Assembly: GCA_051294375.1 (NCBI GenBank)
Contig: CM119264.1
Coordinates: forward strand, 26,249,011 to 26,313,010
Reading direction: 5' to 3'
Length of the DNA: 64,000 bases
Source: Paraspadella gotoi
Lineage: Eukaryota > Animalia > Chaetognatha
Shown here: positions 37,443 through 49,959 of the stretch, piece by piece
Layout: each line of letters begins with the position of its first letter
Numbering within the stretch: position 1 is the first letter of the stretch
The notes under the pieces: model-generated
What the model was told of the DNA's origin: nothing
What the model saw: only the letters and a program-made list of their open reading frames with translations
Database searches by the model: none
Program-made: the position numbers and the translations under genes

Positions 37443-38390
37443 AGAAGAAAAGAAGAAAAGAAGAAAAGAAGAAAGGGGAAATAGAAAGGAAAAACCCAGG
37501 ATCCTTCGCTTTCTCACTCTTGTTCCAAAGTTGTTTTGAACATCATCCTTTTTGTCGTCAGACAAAAATAGAGTAGGAGCGACATTATGGTCGGTGGTAA
37601 GGTTGATTGGAGCGAATGAAGAATGAATGCCAAGGTTAAATGGAGTAATATAAGTGCGGCAATGGTAAGGTGAATTGGAGCAGAGGGAGAGCAGAAATGG
37701 AAAGGCTAATTGGAGCGAATGGATAAATTTGCGAATTGGAAGGATAGCAACAATGGCGAGGTTTATTGTTATGAACAAGGTACAAGGCAAGTTGAGTGAC
37801 ATTGCAAAATCGAAAAGGTACAAGTTTAAAAAATGTTTAAAAAATGAATAGAGAATGAGGCGATACACCTTTTTCTCAAGAGGGTCTCGGGTCAAACTCG
37901 AAACAGATTTTTTAATTATTATAATTAAACGTGTCTTTTTAAAGTTTTCTTTCTCGATCTTTTTTATGTAGTGTCTGAGATATTTATAAACGGCTTTAGA
38001 TTAGTAGTCGTTCTTATGCTTTTTTGTTATTTGTTATAAAAGACCAAACAAATTTGAGTGGATCAAATAAGAACCAAAAAATTTTGTTCTAATTCATAGT
38101 CGTCACTATTATCGTCGTCGTCGTCTTCATCGCCTTCAGCATTTTTGACTGTGGTGGTGAAAAAAAAAGCACCTGCTGTTTACGAAAAAAAAAGCACCTG
38201 CTGTTTACGAACGACATCTGTACTCAGCAAAGCGTAATAAAAATTCTAAATTTAACTTTAATTAAGATTCTAAAAGTGAGAAACGAATAAAATTATACTA
38301 ATAAACATTTATGTATAAAATTTTTTTAATATAAATTATACAATTTATTTAAATGTATAAATTCAAAATAGTTTTTTTTAATATTTTTTT

Positions 38391-38618
38391 TTCAAATTTG
38401 GATTCGTCATGAAAAGTTGATACAAAGAAATAAAACTCTTTTTTAAAAATTCTTTCATTAAGTTGGTCAAATATCAGAAAAACTTATGTTTTCGCTAAAA
38501 ATTAAAATTTTATATGTTAAATATAGTTTTTTTTATTTTTAACCCATGTAATGAAATAATTTTTAAAAATGATATATATTTTCTTCCATCAACTTTTGAC
38601 GAGGAATTCAAATCTGAA
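38391..38618. mobile_element. Degenerate MITE-like inverted-repeat element
   Basis: TTCAAATTTGGATTCGTCATGAAAAGTTGAT pairs imperfectly with ATCAACTTTTGACGAGGAATTCAAATCTGAA; further inverted similarity inside. Confidence 0.55.
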
Positions 38619-38689
38619 TTTTTCTATTTTATAAAGATAGTACTATATATAATTTATATATAGCACTATCCTTATAAAATAGAAAAATT
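38617..38689. repeat. 73-bp near-perfect AT-rich palindrome
   Basis: 36-bp arms around T38653 with 2 mismatches. Confidence 0.9.
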
Positions 38690-40036
38690 ATAAATATAGC
38701 CTACTGCCAAAATTAAAAACTATAAAGTACATTTTTTTAACAAATTAATGTTCACTGATGATATGTTGTTAATAATTGACTTTTAGAATTTTTGTACGTA
38801 ACCTTCACTATGCTCTAATACTCAGCTCCCCAAAAAAAAACACCTGGTGTCGCAACCTCCGCCACCACCACCACCCACGACCTCCCGGAGGCAAAAAAGG
38901 AAAAAAGCAACAAAAAAAAAGAATATACGAAATGCCAACTGTTACCCGCTCACGTCTATTCACGAGTGTTCACACATTTTCACACATTCTCGCCAAGTTT
39001 GGCGCGAGGGCGACATCTACGCAGTCGGATCCTTTCCTTTCCTTCTAGATCCTTGATACTCACACCGAAATTCAATACTTTCTTTTTTTCCCCTCAAACC
39101 ATCAGTTGTTATTTTTTTCCTTTCACGACAATGAGGTAGTTATACAATAATCAAGTTCCTTTCATCTACGTCTTTCTCTCTTCCCTACCGCTGTGAATCA
39201 TTTATTATCTTTTTTCAAACTTTTTATGATGTTCCACGACGTTCTTCTTCCAGTTTTATTTTATATACTTTAGTTTAGTTAAAAATTTTTTCTTGTTACT
39301 CAATTTTACTACTACATTTTTCAGTTTCACGACGACATCCATTTCCATCTCAACCTCATTTTATTCAATTTTCCAGCTTCATCCCGATCTCGGTTTCCAT
39401 TTCCGCTTCATCGAATTTCATAACCGACGACAGCAGCTGCAGCTTTCGCCGTCGAAGTTTTCCCGACGGAGCAGGAAGTTTATCGGCGCCCCAACGGACT
39501 CTTTAATTTGAAGACTGTGACAAACAGTTGATCCCGACTGATTTTAACAGCCAGTGGAACCAACTATTAAGTGTAGAAGGTGGGGGTACGAATAACTAGT
39601 AGAAAGTCTAAGGTTTTTAAATAGTAAACTTTTTTGTGCTGCCTATGTGATATCATTGATGTTTCTGCGATGACATAGAAACCCGGGGGTCATTGGCATT
39701 CCCCGCAGCGATGCACACTCTTGCCATACTTGTTTGAAAAAGCTCCTGGCCTAAATAACCCGCCGATGTCGGCCCCGTATATTGCCAAGAAAACGCGCTC
39801 TCATTGAACGCGGAACAGGAACGCGACCCCCGCCGGTGAATTTCATGGCCAAAACCCTATCGCTTTGGCGCCTTTTCTGGCCACATCGGCGTCACTCGTT
39901 GCAATGGGAACGCGCCCGCATCGGCGCCGTTCTGCCTCTCGAGGGACGCTTCGCGACATATCGTGATTCGTCGTCGCGAATCTGAAATCTCGAGGGAAAA
40001 GAAAAAAAAAAGATGAAAAAAAAATNNNNNNNNNNC

Positions 40037-40071
<35 letters not shown>

Positions 40072-41691
40072 GAAAAAGAGAGAAATTGGAAAAGGTGTGG
40101 ATAAGCGGTGAAGAATCGGAAAATAGAGGAGGCGATGTGAAGGGGACGAGAGAGGATTTGAAGGTGAGGACAAGCTATGAGCTGTGAGCTGTGAGCGGTT
40201 AGCAGCGAGAAGTGAGCGGCAAAGAGAAAACGAATATAAGTATCGTATGAAGGCAAAAAAACGGAGATAGAATAGATTAAACCGCAGAGAAAAAAGAGCA
40301 GCATTCAGAGATTAAAGAGAAAAAAGAAGGATAAAAGATAAAAGGAAGAGAGGGGAAAAAAAGTTTTTCGTAGGAAAAGTCGTTGCGACAAAAAATTTCG
40401 CAGGTTTCGCCTTATTTTTAATTTGCCATATTCGTACTACTACTATTTTGCTATATAACTAATCACTACGAATCGCTTAGTTTGTCAATTATCAAAGGAC
40501 TTGGTCTAGTCTCCGACTCTCCCGTCAAGCGGCTCCCAAGTTCCGAAGACGCGGCCAAGCGAAGAGGAAGACGGCGAAGAAAAATCCTTGAAAACGAAAA
40601 TCGTAAAATGGCGTCTCTCGTAAAATACAGTAATGCCGAGGGAGCGGAGAGGAAATGCCGCGAAACGATATGCGAAAACTCATAGGATGTGAGAGCTGTA
40701 CGCTAAATGCACTTTACAGTAAATAATTTATTCTACTAGAAAACGAAAATTACCCCCGCCAACAAAAATGTACACAATTTTTTAAGTTTTATTTTCAAAG
40801 ATAACAATTATTTTGTCGGGGCAAAGACCGAAATCTTCTTAGAACATAAACTCAAAATAGAAAAATAAAAAGGCAAAATAGATATAAGAAACATTAATTT
40901 TGAAGCTGAAAAAAACTCCCCTCTCTTTGAGATACATCGGTGTTGGATTACTCAATTCTAATTTCTAAGACTCTGGTGCGAAATCTAGGGAAATAAAAAT
41001 CGAGGCGACGAAAGTTTTAAAACATTCAATATTTAGCGGTTCTAAGAAACGAATTATATATATATATATATCATATTAGAAGAAAGAGAGGTGGTGGAGA
41101 AGCAGAGTTTTGTCCTGTACATTAGAATACAAAATTAAAAAGCGTTAATAAAGAATTGTCATTAATGAAATCAAATCAAAAAGAAATAATGGAGAGCGGG
41201 TGGGGCTGGCCAGGGGACCAGTGGAAGGGCCCGCCATTTACCTCGCCGCCCCTGATGTTACTTTATTCCCCCCCACCAAAAAAAAAAANNNNNNNNNNNN
41301 NNNNNNNNNNNNNNNNNNNNNNNNNNNNNNNNNNNNNNNNNNNNNNNNNNNNNNNNNNNNNNNNNNNNNNNNNNNNNNNNNNNNNNNNNNNNNNNNNNNN
41401 NNNNNNNNNNNNNNNNNNNNNNNNNNNNNNNNNNNNNNNNNNNNNNNNNNNNNNNNNNNNNNNNNNNNNNNNNNNNNNNNNNNNNNNNNNNNNNNNNNNN
41501 NNNNNNNNNNNNNNNNNNNNNNNNNNNNNNNNNNNNNNNNNNNNNNNNNNNNNNNNNNNNNNNNNNNNNNNNNNNNNNNNNNNNNNNNNNNNNNNNNNNN
41601 NNNNNNNNNNNNNNNNNNNNNNNNNNNNNNNNNNNAAAAGAAATAAAAGACATAAAACTAATAAAATAAATGAAATAAAAAGAGAAAAGCC

Positions 41692-41731
<40 letters not shown>

Positions 41732-42027
41732 GAACCTCGGCTCGTTTCGTGGAAACAAAATGTCCCTTAGGAAAATTTTACTTTTAACATCCTTTTTATT
41801 TCCTTTGTCCATTTTCCTCCATTATTGTATATCCTTTATTAATCTCTTTATTAATTATTATTTCTTTAGCTATTTTCTTTTTCTAATTGGCGTCAATGTC
41901 CACGTGCAAGTCGCGTGCAAGCTTCGTGCAAATCCCATGCTTTTCCCATGAAAGTCACACGCAAGTCACACGTACAATGTTGTCGACGCGAATCCCATGG
42001 GCTTTTTTCCGCTCACATTTAACCTCA

Positions 42028-42244
42028 AATATGGCGAATTTTTAATGCGAGAGAATGCGCAATTTCGATTTTTGTCAATTATTACAAGAATACAAGAAAA
42101 TAATAACTTCATTAATCTAAAAAAACACTTTTCCAATATGGCGAATTTTTAATGCGAGAGAATGCGCAATTTCGATTTTTGTAAATTATTACAAGAATAC
42201 AAGAAAATAATAACTTCATTAATCTAAAAAAAACACTTTTCCAA
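42028..42244. repeat. Tandem duplication of about 108 bp
   Basis: AATATGGCGAATTTTTAATGCGAGAGAATGCGC...AAAAAACACTTTTCC present twice, near-identical. Confidence 0.9.
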
Positions 42245-43459
42245 TTCGAAATTCTTGACCTTTTGTTGGCGCAAATAGAAGCAAAGTTTTCCATTATTTT
42301 TCTGGACCTCAAGCAAAACACGATAATTCAGTTAAGGTAGTTATTTTTTTTAAGAAATCATCATGAATTTATATTTATAAATATGTATATTATTCATTTC
42401 GTGCAAGTTATTTTCAATTTTTAAACTGAAACCCCGTTTTCTGTTTGTCACCCCCNNNNNNNNNNNNNNNNNNNNNNNNNNNNNNNNNNNNNNNNNNNNN
42501 NNNNNNNNNNNNNNNNNNNNNNNNNNNNNNNNNNNNNNNNNNNNNNNNNNNNNNNNNNNNNNNNNNNNNNNNNNNNNNNNNNNNNNNNNNNNNNNNNNNN
42601 NNNNNNNNNNNNNNNNNNNNNNNNNNNNNNNNNNNNNNNNNNNNNNNNNNNNNNTTTCCGTTCTCTAATTTTATCGAATCTTAAAACGATGCAAAAAATT
42701 CATGGGCGCCATAAAAACTCAGAAGATTCGCTCTCCCTTTTCAAGAATCCGAAAGAACTAATCAAGAAAAACTTCGGGGTCTCTTTCCCCCTTTTTTTTT
42801 TCTTTATGAAAGAAAAGAGAATAAAAGAAAAAAAGAAAACTTCCGCTCGCCTCGTCACGAATTTTTTTTTTCCTAATTATTTTAATTATTTTAATTTTTT
42901 TTTAGCCGATTTTTTTTTATTCTATTTTTAGTCCATTTAATTTGGGCGATTTGAAAATTTCGTCGGAGCGGCGCCAGTGAAAAAAATTTTTTCTAGCGAA
43001 ATTCCAAAGTTTGATCGAGGGAAAGACGAGACCGTATGTCAGTCTTCACGCGGAACGAAGAAAAAATTATAAATTCTAAATTTAGAATGCAAAATGACTG
43101 CGTTTATATTTATATTTACCTTCATTAAAATGCTGAATCAAATCTTATAGATCGAATCAACGATTTCCAAACAGATACGCAGACTGACAGACAGCTACAC
43201 AGACAAACAAACAGAAAGGAAGACTGGCATATAGACAGACCGTCAGAAGGACAGCAGTCAGACAATAAACCAGCCAGAGAGCCAGACAGACAGAGAATGG
43301 AAGACAGACAGACAGAAACACATTTAGACACCAAATCAAGAATCAGGCGGATTTACAGACTAAAGTATGACTGGCATACTGACCGAGAGACGGACAATGT
43401 AAAACACGTCAGACATACATAGAGACAAACTTAGAGCGTCTAAAAAGTCTTCCCTCACT

Positions 43460-43920
43460 CCCGACGATGACTCGCCTTCGTCTTCCGCGCCGCCACGCCG
43501 CTCGCCCGATCTGGCGCCCAATCGAGCGCGGGTTTCCTCGGGACCAACGAGGCGAACAATAAGGGGCGCGCATCGAGGCGCGGCGACGTGCGATGGCGCG
43601 CGCGATTGCGTGTCGCGGGCGCCGCCGCCGACGTTGGCGTTCTTTTCCTTTTTCTTGTTCCACCTGCCTAATTATCTCTAGCGGTTTCCCTTGGCACCGA
43701 GCGGGGATTAGGGGGGGGGGGAAGAGCCGGTGGAGGGCGCGTGGGCACGAAGGAACAACCGACGGGGCGCGTGCCGGAAATACGATCGGCATTGTCGTCA
43801 AGAAGAAGAAAGGAAACTCAACTTTGAATGACCGGAAATAACAGGAGACCCCGGTAGATGATGGCAAATACCGGTGGGAACCGACAAAATATTGACAGGG
43901 GCGGTCGAGTTGAAAGTTCG
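43460..43920. promoter_or_regulatory. CpG island, putative regulatory element
   Basis: Sharp GC/CpG enrichment in an AT-rich background, several CCGGAAA sites, no convincing protein. Confidence 0.3.
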
Positions 43921-44954
43921 ACGAGAAATTGGTCTAATTTTTAAGGAAGGTCGATCAGAGAGAAAAAGTTTTATTCGCTTTGATGTATTAGACTATTAGT
44001 AATAAAATACAAATAAAAAAAAAATTATGCCTTGCCATTGTTGCACTGTTGCAACAAGATAAGGCTCTTTCAGTTTTCATAATTTTTCTCACAATTTCAC
44101 TTGTGATTTTGCTTATTGTATTTCATATTTTTCTTCTTTCCTTCATCTTTCCCTCTATATCGGCTCGTTCATTTCCTCCCATCTTTTTTCTCTNNNNNNN
44201 NNNNNNNNNNNNNNNNNNNNNNNNNNNNNNNNNNNNNNNNNNNNNNNNNNNNNNNNNNNNNNNNNNNNNNNNNNNNNNNNNNNNNNNNNNNNNNNNNNNN
44301 NNNNNNNNNNNNNNNNNNNNNNNNNNNNNNNNNNNNNNNNNNNNNNNNNNNNNNNNNNNNNNNNNNNNNNNNNNNNNNNNNNNNNNNNNNNNNNNNNNNN
44401 NNNNNNNNNNNNNNNNNNNNNNNNNNNNNNNNNNNNNNNNNNNNNNNNNNNNNNNNNNNNNNAGGTTAAAAAGATGAAGGAGGGTGAAAAGCTCACGTCA
44501 GCCGTTTTACCAAGCAAAGCTTGTAGCGTTGGAGTTTTTATACCGAGCATAATGAGAGAGAAAGACAAAAGGGTAAAACTGGGATTGAGTTCAACGAGGT
44601 CACGAGTCGTTCAGAGTTTATTTCAAGTTTTTTTTTTTTTAAGAAATTGTTATTCTTTTCTTTCGCTTTGTTTTTACTCTTGTAACCAATGAACGGAAAG
44701 ATGGCAAAGTCTAAAAGAAAGCAGAAAAACAAATACTAGAAAATAAATCGACTTACAAACGATATTTTAATACTGAAAATCGATATGATTGTAGCTCAAC
44801 GTCTGTGAATTTAATAATGGCGTTTAATGGGCCGAGGAGAACGATCACAATCACAAAAAAAACGACGGAAACTGTAGCAGTGAGTAACGCCGACAGCTTT
44901 AAGGCAAAAGAGATAATGACTTGCTCGGTTGAAATAGGATTCGAAGGGAGTAAG

Positions 44955-45020
<66 letters not shown>

Positions 45021-46153
45021 GGAAGGCTTAAACTCCTAAAAGCCTAAAGCGACGAATAGCGTGCGCAGTGGCTCCTTAATCAAGCCAACGTCGATTAAGA
45101 GAGTTCGATGGTCGCTCCCTCTTTTTTTTTCGGGTCTTCACGAATCATTTTAATATACATTAGTAATGAGTACCAATGATAACGACGACGAACGACGATC
45201 CCGAAGAAGAATAACAAAGTAATAACGTTGAAATATTAACGTTTTTTAATAATAACAACGAGGACTCCAATTACGGCGACGTCGATGACGCCGATGATGT
45301 CGACGACGAAGCAAGATGACGCCGCGAAACACTTGTCATTCTCGACCGCCTCGACATCTCATTAAGCCTCCGCCGCTGCCCGCCGCCGCTTCCGCCGCCG
45401 CCGCCGCCGCGCATCAAAATCTTCCCGGTTTGTCGCGTCGATTAGCGAAGAGCAATTATCTCTTTGCTCTCTTCTCTAGAGAATGGAAAGGCCGACAACG
45501 TCACGTGACCCGTGACAACCCCTTTCACCCCTCTATTTTGCTTCTCTTTTTTTTTCTCAAGATCTCTCTTCTTCGCCTCTTTTTTCTTTTTTTAGGTTCA
45601 AGATCTACCTCACTCTCGCCCGATTACCTTTCTATTCGAATCTTTGGTTTAAAGACCGACCTCTCTGTTTTACCTATCTTTTCTCTTTTTCGAAGCCTGA
45701 AGCCCTGAACCTTCACCTATCTATGCTTTTTCCCAGGGTCTTTCTGTTTAAAGCTGAATTTCGCTACTTTTTCTACATTTTAGCCGCTTTGGCTCAAGAT
45801 CAACCCTTTTGTTTTACCAAATTCATCTTATCTTTTATTCTTTTCTTTTCTTTTCTTTTTCTAACTTCCGCACGATCCGACGAAAAAGAAACCAAGCTCC
45901 AAATTACGTATTCTGACAACATTAACCACAACAACAACAACCACAGAAACGACGAAAAAAAAATCATAACAAAACAGCAATGACAACAACAACAACTATC
46001 TTGGTCTCTCGTGGCGACAAAAACCGTCGACCTTAAAGTCGCGAAGAGTGAAAAGAGACAAAATTTAAAATCCATTAACCAGTCGTANNNNNNNNNNNNN
46101 NNNNNNNNNNNNAATCGGAGAATTGCGCGAGATCGGCGGATTCTGTTTGAGAG

Positions 46154-46220
<67 letters not shown>

Positions 46221-46244
46221 CAGAGAGAGAGAGAAGAGAGAGAC

Positions 46245-47510
46245 CAGGCATCAGTGGAGCATAAAGTGGCGTGCGCCCTTTCCAAAGCCCGAAGCCAGTT
46301 GGAATTTTTTACACCAGAACGCGAGGGAAACGCACGCCCGCGCACGTACATACGGAGCTCCGCACTACACGCACACCAAGCAGAGAAAAAAAAACAAGTA
46401 TGGCGACGACCGAGAGGGCGGCTTCGCTCGCGGCTCCTCTCCGGCGAGAGGAGAACAAACGAACTCTTCGTTTTTTAATGATAAAATTTAAAGACCCGAG
46501 TCTCCACGGGTTCGAGTCCTCACCTTTTGTCCCGACGCCGATTCAGGACGCGCCGGAAAATTTGAACGATGATAATGATGATGATGATGATGATGATGAG
46601 ATGATGACACGCATGGTGATAATGATGATGATGATGGTAATATGATTATTGCTGATTGATGAATGAAATGATGATGTATGATTGATGATGGATTGGGGGG
46701 GATGATTTTGGATTGATGATGATGATGATGATGATGATTTGATGCGATTTTAACCTTAACTTTTAATAAGAAAAACCCAATCTTTTATTATGAAATTAAG
46801 CTCAAACAGCGGACGACATCAACATGGAAACTCTCAACATGGAAACTCTCGAACACGGAAACTCTCACGCACTGTAATGCAAAAAGCTTACTCCTAAAAA
46901 ACCTTCTGACCAGCATGGCGAAAATTGCAGTCATGCCCTAAAAGTCGGTTACCTTAAGGAAAGGATCTTAACAATAATTTGATTTTAACAACCATCTTGT
47001 CAATAAGACGCGATTTAAAAGGCTCAATAAACACTCAAATTAGTATGCACATAAAGATGGCAAAAAGCTTTTGAAGAAAGCTTCCCTACAGTATTTCTAA
47101 TGCCGACCCAAGATGGCGAGAGATTGAAGAGAGGGCTCGAATAACAACAACGGGCTTTAGGCGGACCACCGTCGGCGCTAACGCGTAAAGGGCGGCACCT
47201 TCTCCCTTTTTTTTAATCTTCTCTCCCTTTCGTAAAAAACTCGGCTTCGTCTTCGAGTTGAGATAATTACTAAACTTTTACTAGCAGAAGAGGAGGAGGA
47301 GGAGGAGGAGGAGGAGGAGGAGGAGGAGGAAGAGGCGGAGGAGGTGCTTTTCCTCCCCCTCGGGTTCCCCACGGGTCGCAGTGGGTGCCGATTCATGTAT
47401 GAAGAAGCCCATTTCTCGATGGGCATTTTTTTTGCCGTCGGGGGTCGTGTGTTTAAGAGGGAGGAGGGAGGGAGGGAGAGAGAGAGAGAGAGAGAGAAGA
47501 GAGAAAGAGA

Positions 47511-47546
<36 letters not shown>

Positions 47547-47717
47547 GAGAGAGAGAGAGGGAGAGGGACGAGAGAGAGAGGACTAAAGAAAAAACGAAAC
47601 TCCCAATTCTATATAATCCATTTAATACGCACATGAGCAAGAATAAAATATAAGAGAAAAAAGAAGAAAGAGAGAGAGAGAGAGTGAGAGAAGCAGAGAG
47701 AACGAGAGAGAGAAGAG

Positions 47718-47748
<31 letters not shown>

Positions 47749-47978
47749 GATCGTTTTTCCGAAGGCTAGACGGTCTCGATTCGCGGCCACAGAGATTTTC
47801 TTTACGCCAAACGAGCTTCCCTTTCCATTTCCGGTTTTTTCTCTCGAAATTTTCTCGCGTTCATCTGCAGATGCAATCGCCGACGAGAGAGAGAGAGAGG
47901 AGATGAGAGATGAGAGAGAGAGAGAGAGAGAGAAAGAGGAGAGACTGAGAGAAAGGAGAGAGAGAGAGAGAGAGAGAC

Positions 47979-48009
<31 letters not shown>

Positions 48010-49915
48010 GGAGATGAGGAGAGAGGAGAGATTTTAGTTATCTAAAAAAGCAGTAGTAAATTTTTTTTTCGTTGCTAATTAACGGATTTCGCCGTAATGG
48101 AATTTATTCAATTGCGGACTAAACCTGTTGGACTGAGATTCAGGAGAGAATTCGATTCAGGGACTTTATTCAGGATTTGCTCCTGAGCGCGAGCGTAATT
48201 TTTGTAATTTTTCTCATGATATGTGTCTTCAGGCAGATTTGATATAATAATAATTAATATATATCTTAATGGCAACCCGCAAAGAATTTAAATTATTATA
48301 TTTTGATACTGAGATTTTTGCAATTCTTGACTTACAGAATGCTATGAATCTTTTTTCTCAAACCTCAGTATCGACTTCGTTCCCAAGCTGCCAAAATTGC
48401 GATTGCCCCTTTTATTCCATATGCAAGTGGCGGCGGCCCGGACTTGATCGCTCACATTAAAATAATGCGCGAAGGAAAAAAAGAGAGAAAGAGAAAGAAT
48501 CGCGGTTAAGTTTGCGATTCGTCGAAATTGCGAAAACAATAATCGATAATTGCAATTGATGGTAAGTTACTTACGTTAAAATTAAACAAAGAAGCGGAAA
48601 CATTTGAAAAGAGCAACAAACAACATAATGAACTTGAAACAGATCAACTCGCAAAAATTAACAGAAAGAAGAAGAAATTTTAAAAAATGGAAATCTTTAA
48701 GGGGACCAGTGAAAAATGATATCATAAGGCTTAAGGGTCTATCATCAAAGGAATTTGAATGGTGAAGTCATTAATTTTTCTTTGACGGAAAGTTTGGCAA
48801 AAAAAATTCCTATCTCTTATTGTAGCGGAAACAAAAATTTATAATTATGAAAAAAAAAGATTTAGTTGACCCTACCTAAAGTATTATTATAATCGCATTA
48901 TTTTATTTTTGCGATTAAAAGTATTTTTTTACTAAATTTCCAATTTTTATTTTTTACTTGTACAAAGCCTATTATTTTTAGGTTTAAGCCTCATTGAACA
49001 AAGGGCTTTAACAAGACTAATATTTTTTTATTTTTTATATTTACTTAAAAGCAGACAAATCAAACCTAAATTCTATTCTTAACAGAAACAAAAACTGTAA
49101 TAATTATTAATTTAATATTTCATATTCATCCTTAATGTTATATTTAAACTATATTGATTCCTAATTATAATATTAAAATTTAGCAAAAGTTACAGGAATT
49201 CTTTCTCTTCTTTTTATATTTTATATTACTTCAAAGAGTTTTTTATTTTTCATCCCATATTAACAGAATCATTTTGAAAAGAAAGTTTAAATTAAAATCA
49301 GTCGATACCTTAAATTTTTGATTCATTCCTAGTTTTTTTTCTTATAAATTTTTTGTGATAAAAGCTGAAAATCTTTTTTAAAATTAGATCTTACCCTCTT
49401 TTTTGGAAAAAAAATTTTAACTTTTGAAAAAGATTTTCTTCTTATCGATTTTTTAAAGAAATTTAAAGCTCGCTGATTTTATCGAAATTTTTAACTACTT
49501 TTCCCAATGATTTTTAGAGGAAAAAAATTATTGATACAGAACTTAGCTTAAGTTAAAGGGTCAAACGTTATGTTTTCAGCTTTTTACCCCCTGGTTCACT
49601 TGGTCCCCTAAGAGGAACTTTATTTTCCCTGACAGGCAAAACGCACTACTAACGTCCCTCGACGCGAGAGAAGAAAAGAATTTCATTTTTTTTCTTTCAT
49701 TTTTCGCAATTCGAAGTGAGGTTTCTTTAAAGCAGCGCTCACTCTGAAGCGGAAGCGAAGGTAAGTCATCAGCTGCAAGGGTCCAAATCAGTCGTCGAGT
49801 TAAAAAATTCCTCGACAAGAAACACATAAAAGGGGAAAAACTGTTAACGTCGTAAAAGTAGAATCCATTTGAGCCAAACACTGGGGAAAAAAGGAGTAGA
49901 AAATCGGGGAGAGAG

Positions 49916-49959
<44 letters not shown>

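Noticed and set aside
41156-44568. Long ORFs containing X runs
   Set aside because: Artefacts of translating through N gaps.
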